Source: an uncultured virus (IMG/VR IMGVR_UViG_3300044620_001996) (lineage: Duplodnaviria; Heunggongvirae; Uroviricota; Caudoviricetes). Taken from it: a stretch of DNA of 64,000 bases. The DNA lies in the IMG/VR virus record IMGVR_UViG_3300044620_001996; one strand, 5' to 3'. Numbering within the stretch: position 1 is the first letter of the stretch; each line of letters opens with the position of its first letter. The notes below the pieces were generated by a model that saw nothing but the letters and a program-made list of their open reading frames with translations, had not been told where the DNA came from and did not search any database. The position numbers were made by a program, and so were the translations under genes. Shown here one piece after another: positions 8,478 to 18,361 of this stretch.

Positions 8478-8699
8478 GTGGACGACCTTACTCTTAGCTT
8501 TGCTCAAGAAGCAGCACTAAGGCAGATCGATGATTGTACCAATGTAGCAGAGCTAAAAGCTCTAGCTAAGAGTCTCATTAAGTCTCACTTCACATCGCGC
8601 AGCTTCATAGCAACACTCTTGCTCCGCGAAACAACCCTGGGGCCCAGCCCCAGCTACCAGGCCGAGCTCGATGACGAGCTCCCCTGGCGCCAGGGCTAA
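8478..8699 (+). CDS. NblA-like small helical protein (tentative)
   Basis: LTLSFAQEAALRQIDDCTNVAELKALAKSLIKSH resembles two-helix viral NblA proteins; lone plus-strand gene in the replication operon. Confidence 0.45.
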   Translation: MDDLTLSFAQEAALRQIDDCTNVAELKALAKSLIKSHFTSRSFIATLLLRETTLGPSPSYQAELDDELPWRQG

Positions 8700-8709
8700 G
8701 AGCGCAATA

Positions 8710-11463
8710 TCAACCCCAATCGGTGTCCTCCCAATCTCCGTAGTCCTGCGTAGAACCGGGGGTCCCATATATCTCCGAGGCCGTGTCCAAAACCTCCGGC
8801 GGTTTTTCCGAAACCGCTGTGCTGGAGAGGGTTTCAGCCTCGGAGGTTTTGGACAACCCCTCTGTGTGTCCAAAACTGTCCGAAACCTCTAGGGGCATTT
8901 CGGCAGCGTTTTCCACAAAAGTTTCCACAGGCAGCTCGGTCTCGTGCGTCTCAGTTGAGACTGTGCCTTGCTGAACTGTTTCGACCTCGGAGGTTTTGGA
9001 CACTTCGGGGTTTTGGACAATTTCGTCTGTACCCTGTCCAAAACCCAAATCCCTTCCAGCACAAGGAGTTCCAAAGAAAGAAGGAGGGTTTTGGACACTC
9101 CGACCCTCGTATATAGGGGCTTTGACAGAAAAACCCACCAGAGGGCGCCCCCCTTTCTGTCCCGGCTGTCGCACCCGAGTTTCTTCCACGAGGCCGGCAA
9201 CAACCCACCGCTGCGCCCACCGCTTAACCGTCTTCTCACTGACGATCGTCCCCGGCCCCCTACGCCCCGCCAGCCGGCTGTTGAGCGCGTAGCGCAGCTC
9301 CTTAGCTGTCATCGGCGCTTCCGCTTCCTTGAGGATCCCGAGAACGATCGTCCGTGGCGTCTCATCGCCCTGCCCACCGTTCTCTCGGGTCACAGTCGGG
9401 GTGAGATCCTCAATGCTCAGCGCTTCCTCAATGTCCTCCTGCACCAGGAAGCGATCCCCACCCCGCATGCCCCGACTCTTGTCGATTTCGAGGATGAGCG
9501 CATGATCCCCGTACTGAGCGCGCTCCTCGTCCGTCAGGTCCTTCAGTTCCCAGGTCTCGTGCACCGCATTCCGCAGCGTGTCTGTGCCGCGGAACTTCGT
9601 CCCGTCCTTGGTGTTGTGGTGGATCCACAGAAACGTCGTCGGCGGGAACGCCGTCCCGTTCTCCCGCGCCAAGCGGTACAGCGTGTTCGAGTACTCCTTC
9701 TCGTACTCCTTGGCCGCAATCATCGTGCTCACCGACGTGAGTGAGTCGACTACCACCAGTACTGGCTTGAGCTCTTGCAGCCACCGCAAGAGCACCCTGT
9801 ACTGGCTTTGTTGCCACTGCGGTTTGAATCGGAACCAGGTATCGGCACCGGTCGAGTCAATCCCCTGCTGATCCAGGTACTCCGCATAGTCCGTCATCGA
9901 CATGTCGTTGCCGATGAACAGCACATTCCCCGAGACCGTCGGCTCGACCGTCAGCCCCCGCACCTTCATCGGCAGCTTCTGGCCCACGATCTTGGCCAGC
10001 AGCACGGCAAGGCGCGTCTTACCCATCCCGCCCCTTGCGTGCAAGAGAATCGAGCTCGGTGCCGACACAAAGTCCGGGATCAGGTAGTCCCGCTGCCCGC
10101 GCATCTTCTCCTGCCACTGCGGGTCTTCCTCTACCTGCTCCTGGTGCAGCAGGAACCGCTCGAGCGCTGACTCCACCTGCGGCCCCGACTTGTACACGTG
10201 CGTCAGCCCGGAGTCCCGCACCAGCTCCATCAACTGGTAATGCGCGAGCTCGGCATTGTCGTACCCGTTGATGATCTTCTCGGCTGCCGTGAAAAACTCC
10301 TGCCCCGATAGCCGTTTCAGCGGCGCATCTTTGATGGTGACCTCGGTCGCCGTTGCGCACGCCGGGTAGTCGTACCCCAGCTCCACGGCCAGCTCCGCCA
10401 CATAGGCCTCGAGGGCGGGCCCACTCGGACGCCCAGCGTGCATGTCCTTGGTGCGGATCTTGTGGACGAAATCGAGCACGTCACCACCTACACCACACGC
10501 TTTGCAGTCCCAGCAACCGGTCTCTTCCGCGTACTGGAATGTCGTCCCGCTCTGCCCCCCGTGCCACGGGCAGCCGCTCATGCGCTGGGGCTTATCTCCA
10601 CCGCGGCTCTTCCACCCGTACCGGTCAAACACCTCGTGGTTGAACACCAGATCAGCCAACCGCGGCCGCAGCAGCGACTGCACCTCCTCCTTGAAAAACC
10701 ACCCACGGATCTGACGTGGCGGGACAGCTGTCTGCCCCCCGAGCTCGCTCATCACCTCCTTCTGCTCAGCCTCGGACAGCCATTGCACCGGCTTCCGATG
10801 TGGGCGCAGCACATCCAGCACCCACTGCGGTGCCGTCTCTACCTTTCCGCCGTTGTAGTTGAGGAACCGATAGGGCTGCTTTGTTTCCGGGTGTGGTGAG
10901 CCAGGGACCACGCTCTGACAGGCGTTGAACCGCAGCACCACCTCTTCGTAGGCAGCCCCACTGATCGCGTCCACATCACCACCGGCACCCCGGTTTGTAT
11001 CCCCATGCCCCAGGTGCCACTGCCCATCGTCCGTGCGCAGGATCAAGGTCTTCACATCCCCGAGCTCGGGAACCAAACGCTTGGGTACCTGATACAGGAT
11101 CTGCCGACGCCCAGGCTTACCCGAAGTCCACGACATGGTCCGCTCCTCGCCATAGACCTCGTACTCCGGCCCCGCCACTTCGCGATAGCGCTGATCGGCG
11201 TCAGGTCCATCGATGTCGAGGGCGATGAGTCCCCCCGAGAACGAACCTGTCACCACACCCAGGCCTACGTATTCCTGCCTGAGCTGGTAGGCCGTCATGC
11301 ACTCAATCCGCGTCAACGGCTTAGTGCTCCACTCCTTTACAAAGGTGGCTTTTCCCGCAACTGGCACAAAAGCCCATCCATCTGGAAATACATCACGTCG
11401 CAGCAATTCGATAGCTCGCCCCTTTAAGAGATCCGAGCTATTGCCATTGAGCTCTTTGTCCAT
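8710..11463 (-). CDS. Primase-helicase: Prim-Pol, CHC2 zinc finger, AAA (RepA-like) helicase, wHTH
   Basis: IALDIDG, SVVPGSPHP; CPWH...WDCKACG; Walker A ARGGMGKT; Walker B LVVVDS. Confidence 0.9.
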   Translation of the reverse strand: MDKELNGNSSDLLKGRAIELLRRDVFPDGWAFVPVAGKATFVKEWSTKPLTRIECMTAYQLRQEYVGLGVVTGSFSGGLIALDIDGPDADQRYREVAGPEYEVYGEERTMSWTSGKPGRRQILYQVPKRLVPELGDVKTLILRTDDGQWHLGHGDTNRGAGGDVDAISGAAYEEVVLRFNACQSVVPGSPHPETKQPYRFLNYNGGKVETAPQWVLDVLRPHRKPVQWLSEAEQKEVMSELGGQTAVPPRQIRGWFFKEEVQSLLRPRLADLVFNHEVFDRYGWKSRGGDKPQRMSGCPWHGGQSGTTFQYAEETGCWDCKACGVGGDVLDFVHKIRTKDMHAGRPSGPALEAYVAELAVELGYDYPACATATEVTIKDAPLKRLSGQEFFTAAEKIINGYDNAELAHYQLMELVRDSGLTHVYKSGPQVESALERFLLHQEQVEEDPQWQEKMRGQRDYLIPDFVSAPSSILLHARGGMGKTRLAVLLAKIVGQKLPMKVRGLTVEPTVSGNVLFIGNDMSMTDYAEYLDQQGIDSTGADTWFRFKPQWQQSQYRVLLRWLQELKPVLVVVDSLTSVSTMIAAKEYEKEYSNTLYRLARENGTAFPPTTFLWIHHNTKDGTKFRGTDTLRNAVHETWELKDLTDEERAQYGDHALILEIDKSRGMRGGDRFLVQEDIEEALSIEDLTPTVTRENGGQGDETPRTIVLGILKEAEAPMTAKELRYALNSRLAGRRGPGTIVSEKTVKRWAQRWVVAGLVEETRVRQPGQKGGRPLVGFSVKAPIYEGRSVQNPPSFFGTPCAGRDLGFGQGTDEIVQNPEVSKTSEVETVQQGTVSTETHETELPVETFVENAAEMPLEVSDSFGHTEGLSKTSEAETLSSTAVSEKPPEVLDTASEIYGTPGSTQDYGDWEDTDWG
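8784..9097. repeat. Iteron-like cluster TGTCCAAAACC (putative origin)
   Basis: Perfect copies at 8784+, 8845-, 8992-, 9009-, 9035+, 9087-; one-mismatch copies at 8867+ and 8877+. Confidence 0.75.
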
Positions 11464-11620
11464 TACGATTTCAGCAGCAAGTGAAGGCCAAGACCCTCCG
11501 CCACAAGCGGGGGGTTTTTTCTTGGCCGTGTTTCACCGTAACGAGCTACCAGATCCCCGACAACCCACCGCGGTAAGTCTCACGAGACTCACTGATTATT
11601 GCGAGTTTTCCTGCAGATCG

Positions 11621-11649
11621 TTGACGAAGTCACGCCAATCCCATACGAT
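11621..11649 (+). promoter_or_regulatory. Sigma70-type promoter
   Basis: TTGACG-17 nt-TACGAT in the divergent intergenic region upstream of the SSB gene. Confidence 0.7.
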
Positions 11650-11716
11650 CTGCTCACGAGGCCGGGAAACCCCCGACCTCTGGCACATCACCCACTATTT
11701 ACGGGATTTCGCCCCC

Positions 11717-12250
11717 ATGTCCACGTTCCTTTCAAAAGGTGCTATTGAGGAGATCTCCAAGGAGTCTTCCGGCGCCGGTCGCTACCTGAACCCCTCCAAG
11801 ATCACCGACGAAGTCCGAGTGCGCTTCTTTGGCGCGGGCGTGACAGGCTTTGAAGCCTGGACCACCGACAACAAGCCCATCCGCTGGGAAAGCAAGCCCG
11901 AAGAGCTCCCCTCCAACATCCGCCAGCAGGAGGGCTACCAAACCGTCAAGCGTTTCATCGCCGGTGTGGTCTACGACTACTCCTCTGATGACTTCAAGAT
12001 CCTGCAGATCACTCAGAAGACTCTGATGGATCAGCTCTTCAAGTTCATCTCCGACGAAGACTACGGAGACCCCACTGGCTACGACGTAAAGATCGGCAAA
12101 ACCGGTGAAGGTAAAAAAACCGAATATACCTTAGTAGCCGCACCTCCTAAGGCTGTCAAAGCTGACGTTCAGGCACGCTTCGATGACCTCAAGTGCGACC
12201 TGAATCGTCTATTCGACGGTGAGGATCCATTCGCTGAAGCCTCCGCCTAA
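11717..12250 (+). CDS. Probable ssDNA-binding protein
   Basis: VRVRFF...KILQITQKT...YGDPTGYDVKIGKTGEGKKTEY and an acidic DPF tail; replication context. The track's 11297 start is over-extended. Confidence 0.7.
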   Translation: MSTFLSKGAIEEISKESSGAGRYLNPSKITDEVRVRFFGAGVTGFEAWTTDNKPIRWESKPEELPSNIRQQEGYQTVKRFIAGVVYDYSSDDFKILQITQKTLMDQLFKFISDEDYGDPTGYDVKIGKTGEGKKTEYTLVAAPPKAVKADVQARFDDLKCDLNRLFDGEDPFAEASA

Positions 12251-12257
12251 CAGCCAC

Positions 12258-12282
12258 AGGGGAGCTATCTGCTCCCCTTTTT
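12258..12282 (+). terminator. Intrinsic terminator
   Basis: AGGGGAGC-TATCT-GCTCCCCT followed by TTTT. Confidence 0.7.
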
Positions 12283-12294
12283 ACTTAGTACCTC

Positions 12295-12528
12295 ATGGAC
12301 ACCACACAGCTGCTCGGACGCAACATTCGCTTCCATCTCTTCCGCACCCGGCTAACACTGCGCGATGTCGCCGAAGCCTCTGGCATATCCCCCTACTCCC
12401 TTGGTCGCATGGCCAGTGGCAAAACCAAGCTGATCGATCCCAACGTTCTCGCCGATCTCATGCGTGTCTTCCGCTGCGACGCCAACGCGCTGCTCCTACC
12501 CATAGAGGGCGTCCCCTATGACGGCTGA
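12295..12528 (+). CDS. XRE-family HTH regulator
   Basis: LTLRDVAEASGISPYSLGRMASG. Confidence 0.8.
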   Translation: MDTTQLLGRNIRFHLFRTRLTLRDVAEASGISPYSLGRMASGKTKLIDPNVLADLMRVFRCDANALLLPIEGVPYDG

Positions 12529-13198
12529 CCTCATCCGCGGCCTACCCAAGTACGAACCAGTCCGCTCCCACGAGAACGGTGAACGCAGCTACTCCACACC
12601 ACTCGGATCCTGCAGCTCCGTTACCACAATCCTGAGCGGCACCCGCGATAGCTCCGGCTTACAAGCCTGGCGCGAGTCCGTCGGTGAAGCCCGCGCAGAC
12701 TTCATCTGCAACCTCGCCAGCTTCCGCGGCACCCGCCACCACGACGCTGTTGAGCGCTACCTACTCGACGGCACCGAGCCCGGTTTCGACTTTCTCAACA
12801 CGCCCTACTGGAACAGCACGCGCAGCTTCCTCGACCGCATTCGCCGTCCTCTCGTCTGCGAAGGAGCTATCTACCACCCGCTCCGCTACGCCGGCACGTT
12901 CGACTGCATCGCTTATCTAGAGGACGATGGTGAACAGCCCTCTTTGCTGGACTGGAAAACAGCCGATAAAGTCCGCAACCCAGCAAAGATGTACGAATAC
13001 TCTCTGCAAGTTGCTGCTTACACCGCCGCCGCTAATTACGTCTACAAACCACAAGGCCTAAATATCACCCGAGCGCTGATCGTCGTAGCTATCCCCGACG
13101 AAACACCTCAAATCGAAGAGCTCTCGCTCCGCAAGCTCACCCAGTACATGCAGCACTTCGAGGCTCGCATCAAACGCTTCACCCGGTCCCGCGCATGA
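12518..13198 (+). CDS. PD-(D/E)XK exonuclease
   Basis: SVTTIL, RGTRHH, E, YAGTFD, LLDWKT, QVAAY. Confidence 0.85.
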   Translation: MTADLIRGLPKYEPVRSHENGERSYSTPLGSCSSVTTILSGTRDSSGLQAWRESVGEARADFICNLASFRGTRHHDAVERYLLDGTEPGFDFLNTPYWNSTRSFLDRIRRPLVCEGAIYHPLRYAGTFDCIAYLEDDGEQPSLLDWKTADKVRNPAKMYEYSLQVAAYTAAANYVYKPQGLNITRALIVVAIPDETPQIEELSLRKLTQYMQHFEARIKRFTRSRA

Positions 13199-13584
13199 GC
13201 GAAACCACCCCTATCCACGCGCTGGTCAGCAACGTCATCGGAGGCTCCCTCCTAGTGCAGCACGCCAATGCGCTGGACATCGATCCCGAGCTGCTCGCTG
13301 ACCCCAGCAGCCCCGAGTCCTTCGAGCTCTACCGCAAGCTCACCACGCACCTAGGCCTCGACTTTGAAGTCGCCGCTTCGCACGTTCTGAGCTCCGTGAC
13401 AGCACTGCTCATCGACGCCGAGATCAAGGACTACAACGTCCGCTACCTCGCCACCGCGCTCTGGAAAATACTCGGCGATCCCGCACATAACGGCGACGAA
13501 CCCCCACCGATCTACAACGAGGCCGCCAAGGCGATGTACGCCTGGACCCTGACCCTTCTCCACCCCACTTTTATCCGCCCCTGA
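13195..13584 (+). CDS. Hypothetical protein
   Basis: 129-aa translationally coupled ORF. Confidence 0.7.
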   Translation: MSETTPIHALVSNVIGGSLLVQHANALDIDPELLADPSSPESFELYRKLTTHLGLDFEVAASHVLSSVTALLIDAEIKDYNVRYLATALWKILGDPAHNGDEPPPIYNEAAKAMYAWTLTLLHPTFIRP

Positions 13585-13586
13585 TC

Positions 13587-14198
13587 ATGCTCATCGGTAT
13601 CTACTCTCCCGCCGCCGGCAGCGGCAAATCTTCCGTCGCCGACCACCTGGTCACACAGCACGGCTTCACCCACCTCAGCTTTGCCGAACCGCTCAAGTCA
13701 ATGATCAGCTCGCTGCTCTATGACTTCGGCTATAGCCCTCAGGACGCGCACCACGCGACCCACGTCGCCAAAACTGCCCCTCTCCCCGAGATCGATGACA
13801 ACGTCGACGCTCGCCACCTGCTTCGCACCCTGGGCACCGAGTGGGGCCGCAGCTGCGTCCACCCCGACATCTGGCTCCGCTGCTGGACTTCCCGCTACAT
13901 GCGCCTTCAGCTCCAAGGCATCGAGCGCGTCGTTGTAGATGACATGCGCTTTCTCAACGAAGCCGCCCTCCTCGATCGCTTCGGCGCCCATCTCTGGAAA
14001 GTCACACGCCCGGGAACCGAGCGCAACACCGACCACGCCTCTGAAGGCGGCCTCGACCACCTCCATGCCCTGACTGACCCCGAGAACGACTGCTCCCTCG
14101 CCTTCCACCACATCATCGAAAACGACGAATCCCTCGACGCGCTATACAGCCAAGTAGACGACGTCCTCGCGTTTGATTATTTCTCCGAAGTCATATGA
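13587..14198 (+). CDS. Deoxynucleoside monophosphate kinase
   Basis: AGSGKS P-loop, SFAEPLK, RHLLRTLGTEWGR, DDMRFLNE, HASE. Confidence 0.9.
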   Translation: MLIGIYSPAAGSGKSSVADHLVTQHGFTHLSFAEPLKSMISSLLYDFGYSPQDAHHATHVAKTAPLPEIDDNVDARHLLRTLGTEWGRSCVHPDIWLRCWTSRYMRLQLQGIERVVVDDMRFLNEAALLDRFGAHLWKVTRPGTERNTDHASEGGLDHLHALTDPENDCSLAFHHIIENDESLDALYSQVDDVLAFDYFSEVI

Positions 14199-14583
14199 GC
14201 TCACTATCCGTAGTCGAATTGCGTGCCCACTCCACCAACGTTGAAGACCACATAGCCAGCGTGCTCAACGACTTCAGCGAAATCACTGGAGTAGCCGTCG
14301 AAGCTTTAACAATCACTCCAGCTTCCACCGCCGATTCCTTCAGCACCACATACTACGTTCAGCTAAAAATCACCCTCTAGTGGATCAGCATCTCGCCACC
14401 GTCCTACCGCAGTACATGCGGCTCGCCTCCAGCGCATCTGCCGAAACCATCCGTCGCAACCCCGTCACCGGCCCCTACAGCGAGCTCTACTTCAAACTCG
14501 CGCGCCAGCACGGCCTCACCCACGCCCGAGCCTGGCTACTCGGCTCACTGGTCCGCGACCTTCACAGCTCCGCTGCTTCTTGA
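14195..14583 (+). CDS. Two small hypothetical proteins (14195-14380, 14380-14583)
   Basis: Coupled ORFs of 61 and 67 aa. Confidence 0.55.
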
Positions 14584-14589
14584 TCAGCG

Positions 14590-15480
14590 ATGTCGGACCT
14601 CATCTCCCAGTACCTCAGTGACATCTCCCGGCATCCGATCCTCTCGCGCGAAGCCCAACTCCGTCACGCCTATCGCATCCGCGCATGGGTCGACTACACC
14701 CCACCCGGCTCCACCGAGCCCGACCGCTCCGCCGCCCCCGCTCACATTGCACGCCCCGGCAAGCGCTCCCTGGACATCATGGTGCGAACCAACCTGCGCT
14801 TAGTTGTCCACCTCGCCAAGCGCTATCAGAACCGAGGCCTCGAACTCAGCGATCTGATCCAGGAAGGCAGCCTCGGTCTCATCCGAGGCATCGAGCTCTT
14901 TGACCCAACCCGCGGATACGCCTTCAGCACATACAGCTATTGGTGGATCCGCCAATCTATTTCACGCGCAATCTATAACTCCTCCCGCACAATACGGCTA
15001 CCAATAAACGTGCAGGATCTTTCTACCAAGATCAAGCGCGCCATGCACACGCTGACTGCCTCTTACGGCAGACCCCCCTCCATCGACGAGCTCAGCACCG
15101 AGCTCGAGCTTCCCCCTGAGCGCATCACCGAGACCTTGATCAGCTGCACCATTACCAGCTGCACCTCCATTGACGCCCTATGTCAGCTCTCTGATGCCCC
15201 CATCTCCGAGGTACTCAGCTCTGACAACCCGACCCCGTCAGAAAGCCCAGAACTCACCGTATCCCTCATCGAGCGCGAAGAGCTTCTACAAAAAGCCCTC
15301 GCGACCCTCGACCCTACGCAACTCCTTGTGGTCCAAGCGATCCACTTTGAGCAACGCAGCCGCCACGAGCTATCCGACGAGCTCGGTATATCCCGCTATT
15401 GCATCTCATCGATCTACAAAAAAGCTATGCACAAGCTAAGAGTAGAGCTCACTTATAGCTGGGATGCTTTTAACGAGTGA
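14590..15480 (+). CDS. RNA polymerase sigma-70 factor (RpoD/group 2-like)
   Basis: NLRLVVHLAKRY, DLIQEG, FDPTRGYAFSTYSYWWIRQ, RTIRLP. Confidence 0.93.
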   Translation: MSDLISQYLSDISRHPILSREAQLRHAYRIRAWVDYTPPGSTEPDRSAAPAHIARPGKRSLDIMVRTNLRLVVHLAKRYQNRGLELSDLIQEGSLGLIRGIELFDPTRGYAFSTYSYWWIRQSISRAIYNSSRTIRLPINVQDLSTKIKRAMHTLTASYGRPPSIDELSTELELPPERITETLISCTITSCTSIDALCQLSDAPISEVLSSDNPTPSESPELTVSLIEREELLQKALATLDPTQLLVVQAIHFEQRSRHELSDELGISRYCISSIYKKAMHKLRVELTYSWDAFNE

Positions 15481-15481
15481 G

Positions 15482-16129
15482 CTACCAGACAGTAAATTCT
15501 TCTACTTCTATGCCCTCCATAGCAAAAGCGTATACACCTGTGTGCTTACAACGATACACTCGCTGATAGATTGTAGAGTAATTTAGTCCTAATTCTTTGC
15601 ACAAACTCTTAGCATTATACAGTACTCCCTGATACAGGTACATTGTTTTAGTTACGTGACCTACTACAGGTCTTTTACTACGTAGCACCCTAGATGCAGC
15701 TATGCGCACTGTTTGTTCCTGCGGGGATACGCAGTCTTTATTCCGTCTACTCTTAGCTACTCCGCTTTCATCTCGTCCGTTATCGTCTTGCCATCCTAGC
15801 GCTAGTTCTTCTTTTCCTATGTGCCGGACTACCATACTACCTGGATTTTGACCCGTTTTTAAGTAGTACGCAATCCTATGGGCATAAAATAATCCATGTC
15901 CCCGCACAGACACTAACCATTTTGCTCCGCTTCTTGAACCAGCTGGTTCACCTATTTTAGCTTTACCATTTTTACTAGCGACTTTCCAAACAAGGCCCGA
16001 AGGCGATGTACTAGATATCTCGAGCAGCTCTTCAACTATTGGTGGAATGGGGCGTGGAGCTCCCTTCCTATTGAGCGCGTAGTGCACATCGGTAAGCGGA
16101 AGGCAGCGCTGGTATGTCTGAGCAGGCAT
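15482..16129 (-). CDS. HNH homing-endonuclease-like protein, catalytic core degenerate
   Basis: SPSGLVWK...GEPAG...YAHRIAY...VRH, but the D-x-N-x-x-N-N segment is missing; AT-rich and antisense to neighbours. Confidence 0.6.
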   Translation of the reverse strand: MPAQTYQRCLPLTDVHYALNRKGAPRPIPPIVEELLEISSTSPSGLVWKVASKNGKAKIGEPAGSRSGAKWLVSVRGHGLFYAHRIAYYLKTGQNPGSMVVRHIGKEELALGWQDDNGRDESGVAKSRRNKDCVSPQEQTVRIAASRVLRSKRPVVGHVTKTMYLYQGVLYNAKSLCKELGLNYSTIYQRVYRCKHTGVYAFAMEGIEVEEFTVW

Positions 16130-16315
16130 ACAGGTCTCTGAGGTACCCCACAAGCATACCCCCCTACAACTTTTATTTATATACAGTTTTTCTAGCCCAG
16201 GATGTGACATATCCCCCTCTAGCCCAATCTCACTGCGACGCAGGGCTGGACTCAACTTGCAACACACCGAGACTCATGTCCCTCAGGTGCGACGCATGAG
16301 ACTCACTGGGGTGGC

Positions 16316-16557
16316 TTGACGACCGCGCAGCGCCATGCCAGACTGACCTCACGCGCGCACATCATGCGCGTTTTCGTCTTCCTTGGCAACCCTCCCTAGC
16401 GGGTTGCTTGACGGATTGGCGGATCTCGTGCAACACTCAAGACATCGGGAGCGCAGCCATCCCGCGGAGCCTAGGCCTCAGGTCAGCTCCCCATGGCTGC
16501 GCGCCGGTACCGGCTCCGGCCGGTTGCTTGACAGATCGGCACCCCACGTGCCACACT
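16316..16557 (+). promoter_or_regulatory. Tandem early promoters
   Basis: TTGACG-17-CAGACT (16316), TTGACG-18-AACACT (16408), TTGACA-18-CACACT (16528). The last two lie in a 36-bp imperfect direct repeat (16402, 16522). Confidence 0.65.
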
Positions 16558-17103
16558 TCATTCAGTTCAGAACCACCAATGCATTAAGCGCAACAGCGCA
16601 GCCGATAAAGCGCGGCCGGCCGGGCGGATCCCGGAGCTATAGCAGCAGTGCGCCCAAACTGACTGGGCGCTAGCTCTTGCACCTCACGGACGGCCTGCTC
16701 GGATCACACCGAGCACGAGGACCGTCGCCGAGATACCCGAACGCCGTAACAGCTGGCGATAGAAGGTGAGGCGACCAGTACCCGATGGCTGGGGGCAAGC
16801 AAGCGAACGCGGAACCTCCTGCAGGAGGGCGCACTGCATGTGTTTTTACCGATCCCGCTGCTGCAGGGGGATCAACGCTGCTCCCGACAGGGATCACAGC
16901 GGGTGCACCGGCCCCTTAACGCCCGGTCTGCAGATACGCCCATAGGGCAGCCCGCCGCTCCGGCTTCACTAGGACGGCCAAGCCCCGGCACACGGCTCTG
17001 CCGGGCACAAACCATCTCCCCCAGAAGTTCCCCCTGGCGCACTGCGTCCGGGGGTCTTTTGGCTGAGGTGCTTTGCATCTCACGTCCCCAAGCTGTGTCC
17101 AGC

Positions 17104-18285
17104 ATGCGTTTCAATTCCCGCCGCGCCGATGTCACCGGCTATCTCGAGTTCATCTGGATTGAGAAAGATCTCCCCGAGGGCGTCAACCCTCAAGCCATCG
17201 CCCTGATCACGGATACGACCGACGGCCGCTTCCACGGCATGTACGGCCTCCAAACCGTGTTTGGCCCCACCGTTTCTGCCGTCAAGGCAGAACTGTTCGC
17301 CCTCATTGAGGCCGGCCAGTGATCACCGAGCACGCCACCGCCGAGCACTTCGCTCGCTGGGAGTCCCACGCGGCAACGCTGGACGCCTACTCCCTCCGCT
17401 ACATCGTGGCCGACTGCCACCAGGCCGCCGCCGGTATGCGCGGCTGGAATCCCGCCCGTGAGGGCTACTACCTGGACCAAGCCGCCACCTATGGCATGGA
17501 GCTAACGCGCCGCAACCGCTCCCTGCCTCCCGCCCTCCGCCACCGCTGACATGTCCGCCCACAACTCCGCCATCCATGCCTTCCTTTGGGCCGACAGCAA
17601 CGGCCCCGGCACCCGTATCAGCAACGACCTGATGCACCGCATCGGCGCCGATTGGGAGCGCTTCCGCGAAGCCGCCGAAGCCCTCGGCTTCGACGCCACC
17701 GAGCACCGCGCTACTGCCATCGACCCCACCGAGGGCGATGAATGGGACTACGCCGCCCACGATTTCATCCTCACCCGCAACCACCACGGTGCCGGCTTCT
17801 GGGATGGCGGCTGGCACGCCCCCTGGGGCGAGCGCCTCACCGCCCTAGCCCACACATTCCCCGAGCTCGAGTCCTATCTCGATGACGACGACATCCTCCG
17901 CCTCTATTGACATGCAGACCCACTTCCGCGACCCCGCTACCCCGCCCGTCTCCCCCGAGCAACTCCGCTCCGTAGGTGTGGACCCCACCGACCTCTACTG
18001 GTCCGGCACCTTCCGCTCGTGGCGCCTCTCCGGCCCCATCGCCACCCGCTCTCCCTACTTCACCACCGGCCAGATCCTCCACGAGCTCGGCCTGACCCCC
18101 CACCCAGACGCCTGACCATGCTCCTGATCGACACCTCCACCGGCACCGTGCTCACCGCCGAGCACTGCGTTCTCCTCCCGGATGACGCCCTAACCGAGGC
18201 CGAATGGGACGCCCTCGACTCCATGTCAGACAGCGAGGCCGCTGATCTCGGCCGCCTGCGCGGCACCCCCATACTCCCCCGCTGA
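17104..18285 (+). CDS. Five small early hypothetical genes (17104-17322, 17319-17549, 17551-17910, 17912-18115, 18118-18285)
   Basis: Tightly packed ORFs with C-ending codons, downstream of the early promoters. Confidence 0.65.
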
Positions 18286-18361
18286 ATCGCCCCCGGAGCT
18301 CCACCCCTTCTATGGGCGGGCTCCCTGGGCGCCTCGCCCCTTCCCACAAGCTGTAGACAGC

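Noticed and set aside
16300..17100. tRNA genes or a tRNA-derived attP
   Set aside because: No cloverleaf with a T-loop GTTCRA and acceptor stem was found here or near the recombinase.
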